Positions 25,658 to 33,790 of a stretch of DNA of 64,000 nt are shown one piece after another. This stretch comes from Candidatus Nomurabacteria bacterium (GTDB lineage: Bacteria; Patescibacteriota; Minisyncoccia; Phycocordibacterales; SBAW01), in contig CALQZS010000001.1 of the NCBI GenBank assembly GCA_943349945.1, positions 277,953-341,952 on the forward strand. The letters are read 5' to 3'. Numbering within the stretch: the stretch's first letter is position 1; every line of letters starts with the position of its first letter. The notes below the pieces were generated by a model. That model saw only the letters and a program-made list of their open reading frames with translations, did not search any database and was not told the origin of the DNA. Position numbers and translations under genes: made by a program.

Positions 25658-26158
25658 TTATAAACCAAGTATGTCGGCGAGGTGCTCGGCAAAGTGCGGA
25701 TGCTGCTCCTCTTCTTTTACAAACTGCGCAAGATAGTCGCGCACCTGTGCGGCATGCGCCACATCATCCAACGGCACCACCATGTGTGGCGACAATACGC
25801 CGCTGGTGGTCAAAAAAAGCCGCGCCTGGCGTTCGTAGTCTGGGTCTGGCTCGTCCAACTCTTCTTCTACCTCTACCCAAAATGATTTTATCGATTTAAA
25901 AGGGTACCTGGTGCCGTCTATCACGACGCCACGCTTGTCTATGTGTACGGTGTGCTCGCGTGGGCCGCGCGCCACGAGGATGCCGATGGACCCCATGCCA
26001 ATAGCCAAGATGCCCGCGAGCATATAATTTTTAAAAAAAATAGATGCGGCGATGCCTACGACTGCGATAAGTCCAAACGCCCAGTACCAGTCGGTCGACC
26101 GGTCTTTGTGCGTGTGTGTAAGAACGCTCCATGTTATGGTATTTTCCTGACCATCCAT
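25658..26158 (-). CDS. hypothetical membrane protein (two TM helices, acidic C-terminal domain)
   Basis: 166-aa ORF; no motif recognised. Confidence 0.45.
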   Translation of the reverse strand: MDGQENTITWSVLTHTHKDRSTDWYWAFGLIAVVGIAASIFFKNYMLAGILAIGMGSIGILVARGPREHTVHIDKRGVVIDGTRYPFKSIKSFWVEVEEELDEPDPDYERQARLFLTTSGVLSPHMVVPLDDVAHAAQVRDYLAQFVKEEEQHPHFAEHLADILGL

Positions 26159-26182
26159 TACTAATAGTATACACTCACTACC

Positions 26183-27172
26183 ATGAAGCGCAGTTTCGTC
26201 GTCCCCATTATAGAGAAGGTTGCAAAGGACATGGGTGTGGAAGTGTATATCGAGCCGTGGGGATATGCGGGCACTTTGGTGTTGCAGGGTGGGGGCAAGC
26301 GCTATTTTAGAGGAGCGAGTTTTGATTTGAATACACTGGGTGCATCCGAGATAGCAAAAGACAAAGACTACGCGGCGTACTTTTTAAAACGCTTAGGGTA
26401 CCCAGTGCCCGAGGGTAAAACATTTTTTGCACCCAAGTGGGCAGCGGTGTTGGGGAGCGAGCGCACGGCGGATGCGGCGTGTGCGTATGCAGAAAGTTTG
26501 GGTTGGCCAGTGATAGTAAAACCCAATAGTCGCAGCCAAGGCAGGGGGGTGGCAAAAGCGTGGAATGAAAAAGAGCTACGGCAGGCAATAGAAGAAATTG
26601 AAGTGTATGAAAATGTGTACCTGGTGCAGTGCGTGGCGAGGGGGCGCGACTACCGCATCGTGGTGCTCGACGGCGAGGTGATTAGCGCGTACGAGCGTCG
26701 GCCGCTGTGTGTGGTGGGGGATGGAGTTTTGACTGTTGCAGAATTGCTAACAGAAAAACAAAAACAGTTTGTGCAAGGCGGGCGAGACACCATTGTTCCC
26801 ACCGAAGACTTTCGCATCGACAACACACTTGCACAGCAAGGGCTCACGCTAGAGTCGGTACTTGAAAAGGGGAAAGAGGTAGAGCTGCTCCCCAACGCAA
26901 ACCTCTCGTCGGGCGGTGATGCATTTGATGTAACCGACGTGTTGCATCAAGAGTGGCACACGCTTGCGGCGCGCATAGCCCACGATGCAAACCTGCGCTA
27001 CATAGGCATCGACATTATGACCGAAGCGCCTTTGTCGGACGCGCCAAACGAGTACATTATTTTGGAAATAAATTCTGCTCCTGGGCTCGACAACTATGCA
27101 ACGCTAGGGGATGCACAGCGCGGCCGCGTGGAGGCAATGTATAAAAAGGTGGTTGAGGCGATGATGAAGTAA
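26183..27172 (+). CDS. ATP-grasp family protein resembling the N-terminal ATP-grasp domain of cyanophycin synthetase (RimK/GshB-like)
   Basis: '..WPVIVKPNSRSQGRGV..', '..YRIVVLDGEVISAYERRPLCVVGDGVLTVAELL..', '..LEINSAPGL..' ATP-grasp signatures. Confidence 0.55.
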   Translation: MKRSFVVPIIEKVAKDMGVEVYIEPWGYAGTLVLQGGGKRYFRGASFDLNTLGASEIAKDKDYAAYFLKRLGYPVPEGKTFFAPKWAAVLGSERTADAACAYAESLGWPVIVKPNSRSQGRGVAKAWNEKELRQAIEEIEVYENVYLVQCVARGRDYRIVVLDGEVISAYERRPLCVVGDGVLTVAELLTEKQKQFVQGGRDTIVPTEDFRIDNTLAQQGLTLESVLEKGKEVELLPNANLSSGGDAFDVTDVLHQEWHTLAARIAHDANLRYIGIDIMTEAPLSDAPNEYIILEINSAPGLDNYATLGDAQRGRVEAMYKKVVEAMMK

Positions 27173-27247
27173 CCGTACTGTGCGGTACACTCGATATGTA
27201 TATAACTGTAGCGAATTGTGTATAAAAAGTGTATTGTGTTCGCTATT

Positions 27248-27332
27248 GGAGGAGTGGCTGAGAGGTCTAAAGCACCGCACTTGAAATGCGGCGTACCGCA
27301 AGGTACCGTGAGTTCGAATCTCACCTCCTCCG
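27248..27332 (+). tRNA. tRNA-Ser (anticodon UGA)
   Basis: Acceptor GGAGGAG/CTCCTCC, 3-bp D-stem, anticodon loop CTTGAAA, long variable arm CGTACCGCAAGGTACCG, discriminator G. Confidence 0.85.
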
Positions 27333-27344
27333 CTTGAATAGGCT

Positions 27345-27788
27345 ATGAAATACCTCGGCATAGATTATGGGACAAAGCGCATAGGCGTGGCTGTGTCGGA
27401 CGACACGGGGACGCTCGCATTCCCCCTGGGGCTAGTGGCGGCGGGTGCGGGGGCGCTCGAGGAGGTGTTGGAGCTTGCCCGCGAGAATGGTGTCGAGACT
27501 TTTGTGTTGGGCGAGTCGCGCAATTTTAAAGGCGAGGCAAACCCGGTGATGCGCGAAATAGAGAAATTTAAAGTGGCGCTCGAGGCAGCGGGGAAGAAGG
27601 TAATACTCGAGCCCGAGTATATGACCAGCGCTGCTGCCGAGCATCAGCACACCCACACGCACGACGCGCACACGGGCCGGCCTACACGCAAAGAGGCGGT
27701 GTCGAAAGAGTTTTTGGACTCCTCGGCAGCTGCGCTTATTTTGCAATCGTTTTTGGATCGAACAAAACAACAATCTGAGGTAGAATAG
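27345..27788 (+). CDS. ruvX: YqgF/RuvX-family putative pre-16S rRNA nuclease / Holliday-junction resolvase-like protein
   Basis: 'MKYLGIDYGTKRIGVAVSD..' RNase H-fold motif. Confidence 0.8.
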   Translation: MKYLGIDYGTKRIGVAVSDDTGTLAFPLGLVAAGAGALEEVLELARENGVETFVLGESRNFKGEANPVMREIEKFKVALEAAGKKVILEPEYMTSAAAEHQHTHTHDAHTGRPTRKEAVSKEFLDSSAAALILQSFLDRTKQQSEVE

Positions 27789-27911
27789 ACTACAGCAAAT
27801 AGCAGCATCTCCGGAGTCGCATAATTTTTTGCTAAAAATTTGCTCGTTCTCGCGCCGGCGCGCTGCGAAAGACTCCGTCGACGCTCTATTTGCTTCCGAT
27901 ATCATTCATAT

Positions 27912-28241
27912 ATGGAACCTATATCAATTGATGATTTTAAAAAAGTAGAAATTCGCGTGGGCGAAATTTTGTTGGCCGAGCCTGTAGTGGGTTCGGAAAA
28001 ATTGCTGCGTCTGGAAGTAAACTTTGGTACAGAAAAAAGACAAGTGGTGTCGGGTATTGCAAAACACTTTCCCGAGCCTGCTGCGTTGGTGGGCAAAAAG
28101 TGTGCATTCGTAACCAACTTGGCGCCTCGCACGATGATGGGGCTCGAGAGCCAGGCGATGATACTCGCGGCAGGCGGGGATGAAGGCGAGCCGCTGCACC
28201 TATTTGAGTCCACAGCACCACCGGGGTCGCCCGCACGATAA
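27912..28241 (+). CDS. CsaA/Trbp111-like tRNA-binding (OB-fold) protein
   Basis: '..KKVEIRVGEILLAEPVVGSEKLLRLEVNFG..VVSGIAKHF..' matches the MetRS C-terminal / CsaA tRNA-binding domain; start set at MEPIS. Confidence 0.6.
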   Translation: MEPISIDDFKKVEIRVGEILLAEPVVGSEKLLRLEVNFGTEKRQVVSGIAKHFPEPAALVGKKCAFVTNLAPRTMMGLESQAMILAAGGDEGEPLHLFESTAPPGSPAR

Positions 28242-28243
28242 CT

Positions 28244-28852
28244 ATGAAGCTACTCTTTGCTCGCCTTGCAACTCGTCGCAACCAGCTGTGGCAGTGGTTT
28301 GTGCGGCATGCAGAAAGCAGGCATGCCTTGGCGTGGCTTGGGCTTATTGCATTTTTTGACACCATCTTTTTACCTATTGCACCGGAGATTTTTATGGTGG
28401 CGCTTATGCTGGCACACCCCAAGCGGTGGAAGGCCTACTTGGCGGTTGGCCTTTTGGCATCAACTGCGGGGGCGGTGGTTGGCTACTCGATAGCGTTCTT
28501 TTTGTTTACACAGTTGGGTCCGCTGCTGCTGCGTACCGAGGCAGTGCAACATGCCTTTTTGGCGGCGCAGCAGCTGTTTGGTTCGCACGTGTTCGTAACG
28601 ATGCTTACCACCTCTTTTACTCCGATACCAGACAAGCTATTTATATATGCCGCAGGTTTTTTGCAAGTAAGCTTCTGGCTCTTTATTGCGGGGCATGTGG
28701 TGGGGCGGGGTGCGAGGATGGCCGCCTTGGTATATTTGACCGGCAAGTATGGCAAACATGTGGTGGACATAGTTGATAGGTACTTTTTGTGGTTTGGGGT
28801 TGCGGTGGTGGCGCTTGCCGGTGCATACGCTCTGTTGCGGTGGTTATTTTAA
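28244..28852 (+). CDS. DedA/YqaA-family membrane protein
   Basis: 202-aa polytopic membrane protein with a '..FFDTIFLPIAPEIFMVAL..' re-entrant-loop-like motif. Confidence 0.5.
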   Translation: MKLLFARLATRRNQLWQWFVRHAESRHALAWLGLIAFFDTIFLPIAPEIFMVALMLAHPKRWKAYLAVGLLASTAGAVVGYSIAFFLFTQLGPLLLRTEAVQHAFLAAQQLFGSHVFVTMLTTSFTPIPDKLFIYAAGFLQVSFWLFIAGHVVGRGARMAALVYLTGKYGKHVVDIVDRYFLWFGVAVVALAGAYALLRWLF

Positions 28853-28878
28853 AACTCTGAGGGTACAATGCCCACACA

Positions 28879-28950
28879 GCCCCTGTAGTTAAATGGATAT
28901 AACTGCGGACTTCTAAGCCGTTATTCTTGGTTCGATTCCAAGCGGGGGCA
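28879..28950 (+). tRNA. tRNA-Arg (anticodon UCU)
   Basis: Acceptor GCCCCTG/CGGGGGC, D-loop AATGGATA shared with the other Arg tRNAs, anticodon loop CTTCTAA (A31-G39 mismatch), T-arm CTTGG-TTCGATT-CCAAG. Confidence 0.8.
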
Positions 28951-28997
28951 GGAAAGGTACAAATATTCCGCCTGCGCGGAATTTTGTGCTTTCATGC

Positions 28998-29081
28998 CGG
29001 CCGGAGCGATGTCCTGCAATTGCGGGACCGCGAGGCGGGGTCGAGAAAATTCTGAGCGACGGCGAAGAATTATTCGTGACC
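28998..29081 (+). repeat. tRNA-trailer repeat element, most complete copy: CCGGAGCGATGTC ... GACCGCGAGGCGGGGTCG ... a 15-bp imperfect hairpin ending GTGACC
   Basis: Blocks shared with copies at 20265-20345 (reverse strand), 23978-24092 (reverse strand) and 29298-29353. Located after the tRNA-Arg terminator hairpin and before tRNA-Val. Confidence 0.55.
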
Positions 29082-29146
29082 ACAAAAAAAAGAACTGTTG
29101 AAATTCTTTTCCAATAAGGGTACAGTAGGGTTCGGCAACAGGCCGA

Positions 29147-29219
29147 TGCGCGGTTAGCTCAGTTGGTAGAGCAACTCATTTACACTGAGAAGGTCGGGGG
29201 TTCGAGCCCCTCACCGCGC
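29147..29219 (+). tRNA. tRNA-Val (anticodon UAC), CCA encoded (29220-29222)
   Basis: Acceptor GCGCGGT/ACCGCGC, D-arm GCTC-AGTTGGTA-GAGC, anticodon loop TTTACAC, T-arm GGGGG-TTCGAGC-CCCTC, discriminator A followed by CCA. Confidence 0.85.
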
Positions 29220-29222
29220 ACC

Positions 29223-29262
29223 AAAAACAAAATCCCCGACAAAATCGGGGATTTTGTTTTTG
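29223..29262 (+). terminator. rho-independent terminator after tRNA-Val
   Basis: 'aaaatccccga-caaa-atcggggatttt' followed by 'gtttttgg'. Confidence 0.55.
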
Positions 29263-29297
29263 GTATTGGGATGTAGTGAGGGGCTCGAAAGCCACAG

Positions 29298-29353
29298 ACG
29301 CGACGGCGTCGAGGCGGGGTCGCAAAAATTTCCAGCAGGAAATTATTTGTGAC
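29298..29353 (+). repeat. second copy of the 3' part of the tRNA-trailer repeat (GCGACGGCG / GTCGAGGCGGGGTCG / a 16-bp hairpin ending GTGACC), upstream of rluA
   Basis: Hairpin 'ggtcgcaaaaatttcc-agca-ggaaattatttgtgacc', matching the 29039-29081 hairpin with compensatory stem changes. Confidence 0.5.
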
Positions 29354-29402
29354 CGAGTCTCCCTGATAGCCAAGTCTCTATATTTAGTGTTCACTGTAGT
29401 TA

Positions 29403-30118
29403 TGGACCCCACCGTACTCTACGAAGACGATTCTGTTATCGTCGTCAACAAGCCTGCTGGTCTGGCTGTGCATGCCGACGGCAAACACGACCGCGCAACG
29501 CTGGTGGACTGGTTGCTTGCCGAGTACCCAGATATTAAAGGAGTAGGGGAGCCACAAACGCTCGCCGACGGCACCACTATAGAGCGTCCGGGCATAGTGC
29601 ACCGACTCGACCGCGAGACGTCGGGAGTGTTGATTGTGGCGCGCACGCAAGAGAGTTTTGATTTTTTGAAGGAGCAGTTTCATGAACGCGAGGTGCGCAA
29701 GGTGTATCGTGCGTTTGTATATGGAAACATCAAAGACGACCGGGGTATTATCGACAAGCCCATTGGCAGCACTCGCGGCGGCACGGGCCCACGTTCTGCA
29801 AAAAACGCCTACGGGGTTATGCGCGATGCTCTGACCATGTACCGGGTTATTACCCGAACGCCAGAAGTGACCTACGTCGAAGTGTTCCCCAAAACTGGCC
29901 GTACGCACCAAATCCGTGTGCACTTTGCGGCCATACAGCGCCCTATAGTGGGGGACAGGCTCTATGCGTCGCGTCGCGAAGCAAGGCTTGGGTTCAACAG
30001 ATTAGCGCTTCATGCCTTATCGCTTACGGTCAAGATCCCTCGTGGGGGCGAGCGCACGTTTGAAGCGCCCCTACCCCCCGATTTTGTGCAGGCAGAGCAG
30101 GAATTGCGAAGTATTTGA
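29403..30118 (+). CDS. RluA-family 23S rRNA/tRNA pseudouridine synthase
   Basis: '..HRLDRETSGVLIVAR..' catalytic Asp motif; start set at MDPTVLYEDD. Confidence 0.8.
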
Positions 30119-30150
30119 GCCTGTGGTACAGTCCTGTAACCTATAGAGAT

Positions 30151-30645
30151 ATGAAATCAGCAGTCCAAACAACCCCTATAAACATGCAAGAGCGCGCAGC
30201 GCTTGGTATTCGCGCTGGCGACAGTGTGCGTGTATGGCAAAAAATCGAAGAGCTCAAAAAGAGTAAAGGCGCCAACAAAAAAGAGGTGGTGACTAAAAAC
30301 TACCGCAAACAAGCGTTTGAAGGTTTGGTCTTGGCGGTCAAGCACGGCAGCGAGCCTGGCGCGATGTTTACCGTCCGCAAAGTTGCCAGCGGTGTGGGGG
30401 TAGAGAAAATCTTCCCGCTCTACTCGCCTATGATCGACTCTATCGAAGTATTGCGTCGCACCCGTACCCGCCGTGCAAAACTCTACTTTATTCGCGAGAA
30501 GGCAACCCGCGATGTGAAGCGCGCAATGCGCAAGTCTGTCCAGGTTGAAAAAGCCGCTCCAAAAGCTGTAGAAGCAGAAGAGGTAGTAGAAACAGAGGAG
30601 CCAACAGCAGAGGCTCCACAAGAGGAAGTTGTAGTAAAAGAATAA
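30151..30645 (+). CDS. rplS: 50S ribosomal protein L19 with acidic C-terminal extension
   Basis: '..RAGDSVRVWQKIEE..KQAFEGLVLAVKHGS..FTVRKVASGVGVEKIFPLYSPMIDSIEVLRR..RAKLYFIREK' bL19 core; ~45-aa Glu/Val-rich tail. Confidence 0.8.
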   Translation: MKSAVQTTPINMQERAALGIRAGDSVRVWQKIEELKKSKGANKKEVVTKNYRKQAFEGLVLAVKHGSEPGAMFTVRKVASGVGVEKIFPLYSPMIDSIEVLRRTRTRRAKLYFIREKATRDVKRAMRKSVQVEKAAPKAVEAEEVVETEEPTAEAPQEEVVVKE

Positions 30646-30736
30646 TTATTCTCACAGAAGAACCAGAGAGATCTGGCTTTTTCTTTATAAACAATTGGTA
30701 TACGCTATTACCTTGAGGAAATGATACACTTCAAGT

Positions 30737-31408
30737 ATGGGGAAGCGTGGGTTAAAACCAAAAGGGAAAGTAAAAATAGCTTGGTCGCCAAATTTTGCGT
30801 ATGCAATAGGGTTGCTCGTTACTGACGGTTCTCTTTCTAAAGATGGTCGACACATTATTTTTGTGTCAAAAGACCTAGAGCAACTTAAGAATTTTATGAA
30901 AGCTCTTGGATTTAGTGCAAATATCAGCACAACTCGTTCTGGTTATACAGGGGAAATGACCACACGCGTTCAATTTGGAGATGTGTTATTTTACAATTTT
31001 CTTTTAGATATAGGACTTATGCCAAACAAAACGAAAGTTATAGATAGGGTGCATATACCAAACGAGTATTTTTTCGATTTTTTACGGGGATGTTTTGATG
31101 GGGACGGTTCCACGTATTCATATTTTGATCCACGCTGGAAGTCCAGTTTTATGTTCTATACCACTTTTGTTTCAGCAAGTGCGAAGCATATAGAATGGTT
31201 GCAAGAGGAGATCTCGAAACAAGCAGGCCTATATGGACATATTACAGGTCGTGGAAGTTCCAAGAGGGCTGTCCTTCAGCTCAAATATGCAAAAAAAGAA
31301 TCCCTGTTATTGCTTAAAAAAATGTACTACTCAAAAAGTCTTTTATGTCTTTCGCGTAAGCGGTTGAAAATTGAGAAGATGTTGCGTATAATCGGCGAGC
31401 AGCTTTAG
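30737..31408 (+). CDS. LAGLIDADG-family homing endonuclease-like protein (two LAGLIDADG motifs), free-standing
   Basis: '..AYAIGLLVTDGSLSKDG..' and '..FDFLRGCFDGDGSTYS..' motifs ~100 aa apart; gene lies in a markedly AT-rich segment and ends 8 bp before tRNA-Leu. Confidence 0.6.
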   Translation: MGKRGLKPKGKVKIAWSPNFAYAIGLLVTDGSLSKDGRHIIFVSKDLEQLKNFMKALGFSANISTTRSGYTGEMTTRVQFGDVLFYNFLLDIGLMPNKTKVIDRVHIPNEYFFDFLRGCFDGDGSTYSYFDPRWKSSFMFYTTFVSASAKHIEWLQEEISKQAGLYGHITGRGSSKRAVLQLKYAKKESLLLLKKMYYSKSLLCLSRKRLKIEKMLRIIGEQL

Positions 31409-31416
31409 AGACATCT

Positions 31417-31500
31417 GCCCGGGTGTTGAAATTGGTAGACATTTATCCTTGAGGTGGATAAGCCCTCACGGGCGTGGAGGTTCGAGTCCTCTCCCGGGCA
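31417..31500 (+). tRNA. tRNA-Leu (anticodon GAG)
   Basis: Acceptor GCCCGGG/CCCGGGC, D-loop AAATTGGTAGA, anticodon stem TATCC/GGATA with loop TTGAGGT, long variable arm, T-arm GGAGG-TTCGAGT-CCTCT, discriminator A. The D-stem is weak. Confidence 0.75.
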
Positions 31501-31668
31501 CAGACAGAAAACATAGAAAACATAGAAAATAGCAAGACAAATATTCTATTTGTAACCAGAACAACTGACACGAGTGCTTAGTGTATTGGTGAACAAGTTG
31601 TTTCTGGGGTGTGAAGCTTTTTCGGATATAGTATAGTGTAAAAATAGTCAAAGCTATGAGATTTAATT

Positions 31669-31956
31669 TTGTACACTATGGATCAAAATAATGAACCACC
31701 CCGGATAACATTTGAGAACGAAGGGCTTCAGCGGCCTGCTCAGGCTTTTCAAGCATCAACGCCAAAAATCGTACAATGGGTCATTCAGTATTCCGGCGGA
31801 CTTGTCAAAGATGAAAAACAAGCAATTTATGTTCTGGTTGGATTTGTGGCGGTGGCAATTTCTTTCTCTGTTTTTTCAGTTTTTAATGGAGGAACATTTG
31901 AAAGTCCGAAAGACACCGAGGTATTGCCTGCCGGATTATCACCATTGTTGCCATGA
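31669..31956 (+). CDS. hypothetical small membrane protein upstream of the pilin gene
   Basis: 95-aa ORF with one TM (IYVLVGFVAVAISFSVFSVF); AT-rich codon usage like its neighbours. Confidence 0.3.
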   Translation: MYTMDQNNEPPRITFENEGLQRPAQAFQASTPKIVQWVIQYSGGLVKDEKQAIYVLVGFVAVAISFSVFSVFNGGTFESPKDTEVLPAGLSPLLP

Positions 31957-32525
31957 ATAAATCAAGAGGATTTACCCTCATTGAGCTTTTGGTAGTTATC
32001 GCTATCATTGGAATTTTATCCAGTATAGTGTTGACGAATTTAAACACAGCTCGTTCAAAAGCTCGAGATACAAAAAGAGTTGCTGAAATAAGGCAAATAG
32101 AAACAGCTTTGGAAATGTATCATGCCAATAACGGCAGATACCCTAACATAGTGCATGGACTAGGGTTTGATACTAATTGTGGAGGAGGTGTGCCTTTGGT
32201 TGTTGGTTGTGGGCACTGTCAACGTTGGTGTGCTCTTGAAACAGCCCTCGCTCCCCATATGAGCAAATTACCCCGAGATCCTCTAGGAACCGCTCAAAGT
32301 GTTTACTACTATGCGTACTCATCAAACGCAAACGACCAAATGTATGGCCTTATGGCGGTGTTAGAAAACTTGAGTACAATAAACCAAAATGATGGGGGCT
32401 ACTACTCCTCCGCTTTTGAGAGAGGACCACGTCCAGTTTATTGCGTGAATAAATATACAGGAGGCGGCGCAGAATGGTTAAATGTCTCTGGCGCTTGGTC
32501 AAATGTTTGTGCTGGAGGAAATTAA
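31953..32525 (+). CDS. type IV pilin (prepilin with class III signal peptide)
   Basis: 'MNKSRG|FTLIELLVVIAIIGILSSIVL': canonical G-1/F+1/E+5 prepilin cleavage and methylation motif; Cys pair in the C-terminal region. Confidence 0.75.
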   Translation: MNKSRGFTLIELLVVIAIIGILSSIVLTNLNTARSKARDTKRVAEIRQIETALEMYHANNGRYPNIVHGLGFDTNCGGGVPLVVGCGHCQRWCALETALAPHMSKLPRDPLGTAQSVYYYAYSSNANDQMYGLMAVLENLSTINQNDGGYYSSAFERGPRPVYCVNKYTGGGAEWLNVSGAWSNVCAGGN

Positions 32526-32711
32526 CCACGAACGAAATTGAACCCAGTTTGTCCCAGAGTAAAACATCTCGTTAGCTGTCCGCTGGTATTGGTCTTGGGT
32601 TTATTGCACCGTTGTACTATTTGTCACAAAGAGAGCTTAAAAACCAAACACAGTAGCCGTACCCGTTTGGTCAAATATATGCTATAAAACAAGCGTCCTG
32701 TGCGTTTATAT

Positions 32712-32784
32712 GGTGCCTATGGTGTAAAGGTTAACACTCGAGTTTGTGGAACTCGCAATCTGGGTTCGATTCCCAGTAGGCACC
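32712..32784 (+). tRNA. tRNA-His (anticodon GUG) with encoded G-1 and encoded CCA (32785-32787)
   Basis: Extra 5' G pairing with discriminator C73; acceptor GTGCCTA/TAGGCAC; anticodon loop TTGTGGA; T-arm CTGGG-TTCGATT-CCCAG. Confidence 0.85.
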
Positions 32785-32803
32785 CCAGAATAATTATTTA
32801 TAC

Positions 32804-33757
32804 ATGACCTATATACTATTGATCGTTGGTTTGGTGTTTTTGATTAAGGGTGCCGAGTTTTTGGTCGACGGTGCATCGTCCATTGCCAAAAAGTTTCGCG
32901 TATCTAACTTGGTTATTGGGCTCACGATTGTGGCCTTTGGTACCAGCGCGCCAGAGCTGTTTGTAAACCTCTTCGCCTCACTAAACGGCACAACCGACAT
33001 AGCTATAGGCAACATCGTAGGAAGCAATATTGTTAACATGTTGTTTATTTTAGGCATCGCGGCGATTATCTACCCATTGCGGGTTGGTAAGGGGACGGTA
33101 TGGAAAGAAATCCCACTCAGCTTGTTGGCGGCGGGGCTGCTGCTGGTGATGGCAAACGATGTATTTGTGGATGGTGCAGGCATCAATGCGCTCACACGTA
33201 TAGACGGCATAATCTTCGTATCCTTTTTTGTCATATTTTTGTATTACACCTTCGGTATTGCAGGTAACCAAAGCGCCGACGAGCAGCCAGCGCCCCGTGT
33301 GTACTCGGGGCCAGCATCAGCGGGGCTCATTGCACTTGGCTTGGTTGGCTTGGTGCTTGGCGGTCAGTGGATAGTAAATGGCGCAGTGGCTATTGCAGCA
33401 AGTTTGGGGCTGAGTGATGCGCTTATTGGTCTTACGGTGGTGGCTATTGGCACATCGCTCCCCGAGCTCGCTACTTCTGCAGTCGCGGCGTATAAAAAGA
33501 ATGCCGACATTGCAGTGGGGAACGTTGTTGGTTCAAACATCTTTAACATATTTTGGATATTGGGCTTGAGCGCATTTATCTCGCCGTTGCCATTTGCGCC
33601 AGTACTAACGTTTGACCTGTGGGTCACGGTGGGGGCAAGCGCTCTCTTGTTTGTTTGGATGTTTTTGGGCAAGCGGCATATCTTGGAACGTTGGCAAGGC
33701 GTGGTATTTGTCCTGCTCTATGTTGTCTACGTTGCGGCCATAGTGTGGCGGGGCTAA
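32804..33757 (+). CDS. CaCA-family sodium/calcium exchanger (YrbG-like)
   Basis: Two alpha-repeat motifs '..GTSAPELFV..' and '..GTSLPELATS..', ~10 TM helices. Confidence 0.8.
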   Translation: MTYILLIVGLVFLIKGAEFLVDGASSIAKKFRVSNLVIGLTIVAFGTSAPELFVNLFASLNGTTDIAIGNIVGSNIVNMLFILGIAAIIYPLRVGKGTVWKEIPLSLLAAGLLLVMANDVFVDGAGINALTRIDGIIFVSFFVIFLYYTFGIAGNQSADEQPAPRVYSGPASAGLIALGLVGLVLGGQWIVNGAVAIAASLGLSDALIGLTVVAIGTSLPELATSAVAAYKKNADIAVGNVVGSNIFNIFWILGLSAFISPLPFAPVLTFDLWVTVGASALLFVWMFLGKRHILERWQGVVFVLLYVVYVAAIVWRG

Positions 33758-33790
33758 TCGCGTAAAAGTGGGCGGTGGTATACTGCAGAA

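Noticed and set aside
28951-29402. Possible CRISPR array suggested by the recurring 'cgaggcggggtcg' blocks
   Set aside because: There are only two local copies, with unequal spacing and different flanks, and no cas genes. The pattern fits dispersed tRNA-trailer repeats or hairpins rather than a repeat-spacer array.
30737-31500. LAGLIDADG gene as a group I intron-encoded ORF interrupting tRNA-Leu
   Set aside because: The tRNA-Leu(GAG) folds as a contiguous, uninterrupted cloverleaf starting 8 bp after the stop codon. No split tRNA halves or intron-like structure is evident around the ORF.
31508-31533. Short tandem repeat 'gaaaacata gaaaacata gaaaatag' after tRNA-Leu
   Set aside because: Only ~2.5 units. 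It is too short to call a meaningful microsatellite or regulatory array, and is noted only within the AT-rich island finding.
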